DNA from: a virus
IMG/VR virus record: IMGVR_UViG_3300042898_002514
Length of the DNA: 64,000 bases
Reading direction: 5' to 3' (one strand)
Positions within the stretch are counted from its first letter, which is position 1. Each line of letters begins with the position of its first letter. A program made the position numbers and the translations under genes. This document shows, in pieces, positions 57,502 to 64,000 of the stretch. The notes beneath the pieces were generated by a model. The model had not been told where the DNA came from. It saw only the letters and a list, made by a program, of their open reading frames with translations, and made no database searches.

Positions 57502-57848
57502 TATTGCTGTATGAAGCGATGAGAAATAAGTTCAAGACGCGGGGGCAGTGCCCGCCAGGTCCACCAAAAGGATATTTATGAAGTACACCGCATTGTGCCC
57601 AAGTTGTTTTAATAGATTTAGTTGGGCACCAGGTAAAGGTTTAACAAGACATAAGTGTTTTTCTGATGGGCCTGACACAGGATCGATTGGGCAAAGAGTA
57701 ACAGAGTGGACAGCTCGGCAATGTAGAAGCCGTTAGGATTGGGGTCTCCCGGTCGAAGACACAAAAAAGTAACCGCAAACGACTCAAAGTTCGCATTAGC
57801 TGCCTAAACTCAGCTTAGGGTAAGACATACCTCGTAACAGAAACTCGG
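57502..57848 (+). ncRNA. ssrA: circularly permuted two-piece tmRNA, alphaproteobacterial type; tag (A)ANDSKFALAA
   Basis: 3' acceptor piece CAGGTCCACCA (57556-66) lies upstream of 5' GGGCCTG (57668); G3:U70 pair; T-loop GGCAGTG; tag ORF 57775-57807; AACAGAA at 57836; outer ends approximate. Confidence 0.92.
57578..57736 (+). CDS. putative zinc-finger peptide encoded in the tmRNA intervening sequence
   Basis: AAGGA RBS; CPSC-x14-HKC; first 30 codons end exactly at the mature tmRNA 5' end. Confidence 0.5.
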   Translation: MKYTALCPSCFNRFSWAPGKGLTRHKCFSDGPDTGSIGQRVTEWTARQCRSR

Positions 57849-57870
57849 AACCCGCTTCGGCGGGTTTTCT
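57849..57870 (+). terminator. intrinsic terminator (copy 1)
   Basis: AACCCGC-TTCG-GCGGGTT then T run. Confidence 0.9.
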
Positions 57871-57883
57871 TTTTGTTTTGTAC

Positions 57884-57912
57884 TTGACATTTGGCACTAT
57901 TGACGGTATAAT
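57884..57912 (+). promoter_or_regulatory. consensus sigma70 promoter
   Basis: TTGACA-17-TATAAT. Confidence 0.9.
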
Positions 57913-57955
57913 AAACACATACGCTAAACAAGCGGCCACATCTAGAAAGACTAAA

Positions 57956-58669
57956 ATGATTTCCGATAACATCAAAAACTTAACTACTGAAGAATACAGA
58001 TTGTTGCAGTCAACACAAGACCGAACACGGTGGACTGAGTTTTATGGATTACCTGACGCAATGTATTATCCTGTACAAGCTCCCATTTCATCTAAACGTA
58101 AAGGTGATATATGGGAAGATAAAATACGTGCATCATCTGGGCTATTAGAAAAGCAAGACGAAACCCATGATGCCACTTTAGACTCTGCTGTTGTTAAATT
58201 GCAAAATTTACGGGGAGCCCGTGTGGAAATCAAATATACTGTAATAGCCAAAGGTGACTCTACAAAAGCAATTGAAAAAAGAGGATATGCTCTAGAAGCA
58301 GGCGCACGTACTAAGAAACTTGTAAAGAATCCGCTTGCTACTAAAGGTTATAATTATATCGGTGGCGGCACTTTTCAACAGATACATCCAGACAAAGCTG
58401 ACTACGGATTGTTTTCTGCGGTGTTCGGCAACGGTGCTGTGCATTACTGGGTTCCTTATCACCTAATCTCAACCACCGCGGGTGCTGATAATTTCACTAA
58501 AGGTATGATACCGTTACAATCACAACACCGAGGACACACTACAGAAGGACAAATTAGTAGACCGGAAAAATTCCATGATTTGTTCTTATTAGACATCACA
58601 TGGGAAACTCCATTCCTTACAGATTTATCTAAATACGATTTATCTAAATACGAAAACTTGGTGTACTAA
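57956..58669 (+). CDS. putative restriction endonuclease-like PD-(D/E)XK protein
   Basis: G..WE...HD...VEIK; adjacent to a methyltransferase. Confidence 0.55.
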   Translation: MISDNIKNLTTEEYRLLQSTQDRTRWTEFYGLPDAMYYPVQAPISSKRKGDIWEDKIRASSGLLEKQDETHDATLDSAVVKLQNLRGARVEIKYTVIAKGDSTKAIEKRGYALEAGARTKKLVKNPLATKGYNYIGGGTFQQIHPDKADYGLFSAVFGNGAVHYWVPYHLISTTAGADNFTKGMIPLQSQHRGHTTEGQISRPEKFHDLFLLDITWETPFLTDLSKYDLSKYENLVY

Positions 58670-58676
58670 ATATAAA

Positions 58677-60260
58677 ATGCTAGAAGAAAAAAATATACAA
58701 TCAAAAAAATATCAGTTAGGACAATTTTTTACACCCGTGGATCTTGTTAAAGAAATTCTGGGTAATATAAAAGTTGACTCTGATATTGTAATTGAACCTA
58801 GTTTCGGGGGCTGCGGGTTCATTGAACCTATGATCGAAATGTATCCTGACAAAAAAATTGTGGGAGTTGAGCTTGATCAAGAATGGTACGACAAGGGAGT
58901 TGACCGATTTCCTAATTTGGATCTGTACCATTCTAATTTTTATGACATTGATAAAGAATTAGTTTTTGAAAATAAGAGTGTATCTTTTATTGGCAATGTT
59001 CCTTTTAGAAGCCCTGCATACAGTTTAACTACACATAAAAAATATGTAAAAGCACTAGCACACAAGTATGAAGTTACTGGTATTAGAGAAGAAGCTGTTT
59101 TCTTTATTATAAAAACGGCAGACATTATGATTACCAATAACTATACTGGCGGGATCCATTATGTTATTCCAAAAAGTCTAGTTACTAACGATTCTAAATT
59201 TTATCTACAATTTAAAAACTTCTTAAAAAAGTATTTTAAAATTGTAGCAGTGTTCGACGTAGATCCATCCAAGTTTGATAATGTAGCACAAGGACTGATT
59301 GTACTTAGTATGCAGATTGGTGGCGACACTACTAACTACAATACTCTACATAATGGAGTAGAAGAGCCAGTGGATGAAGTATTACAACTATTATCACCAG
59401 ATATCCCATTTCAGCAAATTTTTAAAAAAACTTACTTAGGGTCAGTTCCTGCAGAAAGTTTTCTAATTAGTTCGCCTGGTGAATCTCAAACAGAATTTAA
59501 GAATAGATTGGTTAGGATTTTTAGTAATCCCGTTACTGCGGCGTCATTGGCTACAGATTTAACGCACAATAAAAAATTCCATTTGAAAATTCTTAGCAGT
59601 AAAGACCCTGTTAAAGTACAGTCTAAATTAGAACAAATTGCAGATTATATAAACGAAGTTAAAACAGTAGTCAAAGATTTATCAATTTTTGCAGATGACA
59701 AAAATTATAAACCAATTCAGCAACGTAAAGTAACACGATTCTATTTTAGAAATATAGCATTAAAAAAATGTAGTTTTGTATACGAACTAAATCCAAATCC
59801 GCAACCTAGTTTTTACTTTACATCTAATCCGTCTAGCGGAAGTACTGATTACTTTGGGTATTGTGAATATGACATTACTAGAAATAGTAGTCCGGGGTGC
59901 TGTAGGACTGTTCCTTTAAAAAATATGGCTGACAACCTAACAGACAAATTTAAGGTATATTGGAATACCGCAACTGAGAACGAAGAGGGCATTTCCCTTC
60001 CGTACGAATTTGTGTTTAGTTATATAAAGTATGTTTCTGCTCAACCCTGGTACAAGCAACAAAAGCAAATAAGAAAACGTTTTTACTTCTGTCTACCAAA
60101 ACAGTTTATGAAAGAGTGGATTAGCTCATTAGATGCTGAAGCAGAAACAATAACTATGGCAGGATTCCTAGCTCTACATATAGAAGAGCCAGAGGTTATC
60201 GACGATATCACAGATCAAGAAGCAGAAGATAGATTTAACAATTTATTCATTGTCGAGTAA
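58677..60260 (+). CDS. N6-adenine DNA methyltransferase-like protein (gamma class)
   Basis: LGQFFTP motif X, EPSFG.CGF motif I, GVELD, IGNVPF motif IV variant. Confidence 0.8.
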   Translation: MLEEKNIQSKKYQLGQFFTPVDLVKEILGNIKVDSDIVIEPSFGGCGFIEPMIEMYPDKKIVGVELDQEWYDKGVDRFPNLDLYHSNFYDIDKELVFENKSVSFIGNVPFRSPAYSLTTHKKYVKALAHKYEVTGIREEAVFFIIKTADIMITNNYTGGIHYVIPKSLVTNDSKFYLQFKNFLKKYFKIVAVFDVDPSKFDNVAQGLIVLSMQIGGDTTNYNTLHNGVEEPVDEVLQLLSPDIPFQQIFKKTYLGSVPAESFLISSPGESQTEFKNRLVRIFSNPVTAASLATDLTHNKKFHLKILSSKDPVKVQSKLEQIADYINEVKTVVKDLSIFADDKNYKPIQQRKVTRFYFRNIALKKCSFVYELNPNPQPSFYFTSNPSSGSTDYFGYCEYDITRNSSPGCCRTVPLKNMADNLTDKFKVYWNTATENEEGISLPYEFVFSYIKYVSAQPWYKQQKQIRKRFYFCLPKQFMKEWISSLDAEAETITMAGFLALHIEEPEVIDDITDQEAEDRFNNLFIVE

Positions 60261-60273
60261 ATTAAATACAATC

Positions 60274-60299
60274 AAAAAACCCGCTTCGGCGGGTTTTTT
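60274..60299 (+). terminator. intrinsic terminator (copy 2, identical core)
   Basis: AACCCGCTTCGGCGGGTTTT. Confidence 0.9.
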
Positions 60300-60426
60300 G
60301 GTAAAGTTAATCAATTATCACATCGAAGTTGTGCGTGTACGCACAAGTTTTGTTTGATATTTTGCGTATAATGGTAGTATAAACCACTAATTAAGTTTAT
60401 GACTCATATTATTAAAAAGGAAAATT

Positions 60427-61323
60427 ATGACAACAACAATCACGATCAAAGACAAACCAATTAACGCAACTTATCAAAATGTCACAGGCCTAACAGGCGG
60501 AACCGGAACCGGTGCTGCGTTTGATGTTACTAAAACAGACGGAGTATACTCTGTTGTTCTAGACAGTCTAGCAGCCAGTGCAGGTACAGGTTACCTTGCC
60601 GGCGACACAATCACCCTTGCTGGTACAGCATTAGGCGGCGCAGTGGCTAACAACTTGATCGTCACAGTGGCCACAGTTGGCACCGCAGGTAAGATTGCCA
60701 CCTTTGGTGTAGTGGGTACAGGTCGCGCAGGTGATGGCACAGTGGATATCACAGTTGACGTTACTGGTACTACCGGAGTTGACACTTATGCAATGGGTGG
60801 CAAGAGCACAGAGTTCACAGTTACTAAAACTGCTGACAATGTAAAGTTAGCCAGCACATTGGTCAGCAACATGGAATTCAATCTTGCCAACCACGAGCGT
60901 GTGGTGTTCACGGACAAGGCTGTTGCCTATGATGCCGCAGGTCGTGCAGGTGATGTTTACGCATTGTTAGCTGCCGCACTTGGTACAGCTGATGTTACCA
61001 AAGCCTATACAGGTGTTGGCATTCGACTTGCTGATTCAGGTTGGACCAACAAGGAATTAGCCACAGCATTGTTAGCCACAGATGTTTACAAAACAGATGC
61101 AGGTGGTGTTAGCAATGAAACATTTATCAAGCACGTTTACAAAAATGTCTACGGCACTGATGCTACATTGACACAGGTTACAGACTACACAGCATGGATG
61201 ACCAACAACAAGTTGAGTCAGGCTGACGTCTTAGTTGCTGCCAGCGAGTTGGCAGCTTTTGAAACTACTATTGGGTTAGTTGGTCTAGCAACTACAGGTA
61301 TTGAGTATACTCCGGTAGTGTAA
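60427..61323 (+). CDS. Gly/Thr/Ala-rich protein with DUF4214-like (S-layer-associated) C-terminal domain
   Basis: ER..F.D...A.D..G.AG..Y.L..AA...SNETFI..VY.NV.G pattern; own terminator. Confidence 0.6.
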   Translation: MTTTITIKDKPINATYQNVTGLTGGTGTGAAFDVTKTDGVYSVVLDSLAASAGTGYLAGDTITLAGTALGGAVANNLIVTVATVGTAGKIATFGVVGTGRAGDGTVDITVDVTGTTGVDTYAMGGKSTEFTVTKTADNVKLASTLVSNMEFNLANHERVVFTDKAVAYDAAGRAGDVYALLAAALGTADVTKAYTGVGIRLADSGWTNKELATALLATDVYKTDAGGVSNETFIKHVYKNVYGTDATLTQVTDYTAWMTNNKLSQADVLVAASELAAFETTIGLVGLATTGIEYTPVV

Positions 61324-61340
61324 ACACTTTACAATTTACC

Positions 61341-61361
61341 AAAGGCTCTTCGGAGCCTTTT
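61341..61361 (+). terminator. intrinsic terminator
   Basis: AAAGGCTC-TTCG-GAGCCTTTT. Confidence 0.9.
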
Positions 61362-61488
61362 CTATTATTAGTTCTTCCTATTAGTGCCATTAAAAAATAT
61401 TAGTCAAAACTAATGGAAAACCATTGATTTATAGCGTAAATAAATGTACAATAATTATTGTTTCATTCACACACAAGGAGATATAAGC

Positions 61489-62028
61489 ATGAAAACAGTT
61501 GGAGATAAATTAGCCCCATTCGCAATTACAGGTGTCAAGCCAGGACAACCAGAAGATGCGTTCTACACTATTACAGAAAATAGTTTCGAAGGCAAGTGGA
61601 AAGTAATCGTTTACTATCCAAAAGACTTTACATTTGTTTGCCCAACAGAGATTGTGGCCTACGACAAGTTGACACAAGACTTTGCTGACCGTGATGCAGT
61701 CCTGCTAACAGGTTCAACAGATAATGAGTTCTGTAAAGTAGCATGGCAGACTGCACACGCTGATTTGAAGAAAATCACACATCACCAGTTTGCTGATACA
61801 CAGCGTGGTGAGTTGAGCTTGATTGAACAACTGGGTGTGTTCTATGCTCCAGCTGGTGCGGCATTACGTGCCACATTCATTGTTGATCCAAGCAACGAGA
61901 TTCAGCATGTTACAGTCAATAACTTAAATGTTGGTCGTAGCCCAGAAGAAACACTTCGTGTGTTGGATGCGCTACAAACAGGTGAACTCTGTGCTTGTAA
62001 TCGTACAGTGGGCGGAGAGACTCTATAA
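61489..62028 (+). CDS. ahpC: peroxiredoxin AhpC
   Basis: YPKDFTFVCPTE, GR...E.LR, LCAC. Confidence 0.95.
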   Translation: MKTVGDKLAPFAITGVKPGQPEDAFYTITENSFEGKWKVIVYYPKDFTFVCPTEIVAYDKLTQDFADRDAVLLTGSTDNEFCKVAWQTAHADLKKITHHQFADTQRGELSLIEQLGVFYAPAGAALRATFIVDPSNEIQHVTVNNLNVGRSPEETLRVLDALQTGELCACNRTVGGETL

Positions 62029-62444
62029 TGTTAAACACAAAAAATGTTGATCGTGTTGGAAATACTTTAGTTGATATTTTTCACCGATTGGCACTTTTTG
62101 GAATAGGCGCCGCAACGGTATGGGCCGCTGGCTGGACGTTTTTTGAAATGTTCCAGAAGCACCATGCCGGAGTTGCCGACTTGTTGCTAATGTTTATCTA
62201 TTTGGAAATTGGGGCCATGGTTGGGATTTACTTTAGAACCAATCATATGCCTGTTAGGTTTCTACTTTACATAGCAATAACTGCATTGACCCGGCACATG
62301 GTAGACATCATGAGTCACCAGCCCATCAACATTGTTGAGATGCTGTCAGTGGCTGGTTCCACATTTATTATTGCCATCAGCGTATTGGTTATTCGATACA
62401 CTAGTGCAAAATTCCCTAGCGATAAGAAAGATGAGGTAGCATAA
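62028..62444 (+). CDS. psiE: phosphate-starvation-inducible PsiE family membrane protein
   Basis: DLLLMFIYLE..AM..IYF....PVRF..YIAITAL.R. Confidence 0.85.
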   Translation: MLNTKNVDRVGNTLVDIFHRLALFGIGAATVWAAGWTFFEMFQKHHAGVADLLLMFIYLEIGAMVGIYFRTNHMPVRFLLYIAITALTRHMVDIMSHQPINIVEMLSVAGSTFIIAISVLVIRYTSAKFPSDKKDEVA

Positions 62445-62445
62445 A

Positions 62446-62952
62446 ATGAGTTTTATTGAATCAGTAAAAGGCGTATTACCAGAATACGCAAAGGACACTA
62501 AGTTAAACTTGGACGCTGTCCTTTTGCGTAGTACACTAGATGCAGATGTGGCTATGGGGTGTGCTGTGGCTGCATTGGCCGCAACTGGCAACGGCAAGGT
62601 GCTTGCGGTGTTGTTAGCAGATGCTCCAGTACATGCTGACTCTGCAATGACAGCCGCTAGTATTATGGCACAGAACAATGTATGGTACCCTTACGTTGAA
62701 ATGGCAGATGATCCTAGTCTAAAAGGATTGCCAGCACAGTTACGCATGAACGCTATTGCTAGTCACGGCGGAACTACTAAGGCAAATTTTGAAGCATTCT
62801 CTTTGGCAGCTAGTATTGTGGGCAAGTGTCACTTCTGTGTGAAAGCACATTATGAAACACTAAAAACAGAAGGCTATAGTGTAGAGCAACTGCGTGACAT
62901 TGGTAGAATCGCGGCAGTTATGAATTCAGTTGCTAAGGTGTTGAACAGCTGA
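62446..62952 (+). CDS. ahpD: alkylhydroperoxidase AhpD
   Basis: PEYAKD.KLNL, M..NN.WY, S...KCHFC..AH. Confidence 0.92.
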   Translation: MSFIESVKGVLPEYAKDTKLNLDAVLLRSTLDADVAMGCAVAALAATGNGKVLAVLLADAPVHADSAMTAASIMAQNNVWYPYVEMADDPSLKGLPAQLRMNAIASHGGTTKANFEAFSLAASIVGKCHFCVKAHYETLKTEGYSVEQLRDIGRIAAVMNSVAKVLNS

Positions 62953-62958
62953 TACTGT

Positions 62959-63663
62959 TCATTTATGTTTTAATCGTGTTAAAACTTTTAGAACGTTGAC
63001 CCATGTTTTTCGAACATTCCATACTATCATAGTTGAGCCGTGATTCCACGACGATAGTCTATGCATTTTTCTAGTATCGATATAGTAGGTAGTATTTGGT
63101 AAAAATGTTTTAATATTACCTTCTACTTCCCATTCCAAATTATCGCTCGAGTTACCTAAAAAAGTAACAAGCCTAAATGTATCACGATTAAGTAAAAAGT
63201 GATCTCTGTGTCTTGGGTAAAAGCCGCCGGCATTTAATCTTATGATAAAACTACGACACATAGGGGAGAAGAATTCCATAATTTCCTGACAAGAATGTAG
63301 TAGAGGAACAGCATCAGTTGGATAGGTAAATTCAGTTTCTTTTGGAAAACGACCTATTTTTGCGTGAACGTGCGACAATCCCGTTGGACTGATTGCAGTG
63401 TCACCGTTCAACCCAAACAATAAAATTGAATCTCTATCGTTGGTTATTCCTTCTTTTGGCTGGAACGGTCGCCATAGGTCTTTAAGCCTACCCTTGTCGT
63501 CTTCCCAAATTGACTGATCAATTAAAAAATCTAAAGGCTCCCAGCAACCTATTGCACTTAATTGCATTTCGCACATTAAATGTTCGGTTGATACATCGAT
63601 ATTTAAAGACGATGAAAAGTCGTTTGGTTTAGTAGGAAAAGCAAATTTAGGATCAGTGGTCAT
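62959..63663 (-). CDS. Asp/Asn beta-hydroxylase-like 2OG-Fe(II) oxygenase
   Basis: R.NAGG.YPRHRD ... DT.K.H. Confidence 0.65.
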   Translation of the reverse strand: MTTDPKFAFPTKPNDFSSSLNIDVSTEHLMCEMQLSAIGCWEPLDFLIDQSIWEDDKGRLKDLWRPFQPKEGITNDRDSILLFGLNGDTAISPTGLSHVHAKIGRFPKETEFTYPTDAVPLLHSCQEIMEFFSPMCRSFIIRLNAGGFYPRHRDHFLLNRDTFRLVTFLGNSSDNLEWEVEGNIKTFLPNTTYYIDTRKMHRLSSWNHGSTMIVWNVRKTWVNVLKVLTRLKHK

Positions 63664-63688
63664 TCTGTATTTAATAAATAACCACAGT

Positions 63689-64000
63689 ATGAAAATAACA
63701 ATTGGACCTAAACACCTAGAACGCGAGTTTACTTTTACTATTCCGGAAGTAGATAATATTGGAATTTTTATGTCGGGCGGTTTAGACTCGTCTGCAATGT
63801 TATCTTTAATTTTAACAGAACTATATCAGACTGATCGATTAAAAACAGTATCATTGACTGCTTTCACTATAGAAAAACCAACAGGCGAGACAAGGTATGC
63901 AACTCGTATTTTAAAGCAGTTTGAAGACCATTTTCAAGTTGGCATATTGCACGTGAATAATATTCCTAATACTGAAGAGGCAATTCGCCAGGGAAGAATG
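63689..64000 (+). CDS. PP-loop (QueC-like) ATPase, truncated by the window end
   Basis: IGIFMSGGLDSS; frame open to 64000. Confidence 0.7.
   Translation, partial: MKITIGPKHLEREFTFTIPEVDNIGIFMSGGLDSSAMLSLILTELYQTDRLKTVSLTAFTIEKPTGETRYATRILKQFEDHFQVGILHVNNIPNTEEAIRQGRM

Noticed and set aside
58622-58651. 15-bp tandem duplication (DLSKY twice) and the QITPV repeat near 26690-26730
   Set aside because: Small in-frame slippage events with no further structure
1-64000. Stop-codon reassignment (alternative genetic code)
   Set aside because: Known genes are full length under the standard code, TAA, TAG and TGA all end genes, and no suppressor tRNA is seen

Overview
A 64 kb piece of a large lytic dsDNA tailed phage (T4-like myovirus organisation; the proteobacterial host is inferred, not shown). 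1-3400 (minus strand): early region of small genes, almost each with its own consensus sigma70 promoter, plus three tRNAs. 3404-4005: repeat-rich non-coding strand switch. 4006-21384 (plus): a modification island with eight radical SAM enzymes, a glycosyltransferase, two methyltransferases, an SGNH hydrolase, a 2OG-Fe(II) hydroxylase fusion and an SDR, with in-frame recombination scars between genes. 21374-32424 (minus): RNA ligase, DNA ligase, HNH nuclease, lipoproteins and an array of small genes joined by a repeated 18-nt junction. 32553-42354: host-like metabolic genes (clpP, hemA, a plcP-like phospholipase plus glycosyltransferase behind a Pho-box-like repeat, desaturase, hydrolases). 42488-51462: putative virion/late genes behind TAAATA promoters. 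51497-56527: nrdA, nrdB, glutaredoxin, PAAR. 57502-57848: circularly permuted alpha-type tmRNA whose intervening sequence carries a small zinc-finger-like ORF. Then a terminator-bounded R-M-like pair, a DUF4214-like protein, ahpC-psiE-ahpD and the start of a second modification locus. Best candidates for undescribed systems: the ORF in the tmRNA intervening sequence (it would become a non-stop mRNA), the junction-delimited gene-cassette array, and the eight-radical-SAM island. All family calls come from reading motifs by eye; no searches were run.
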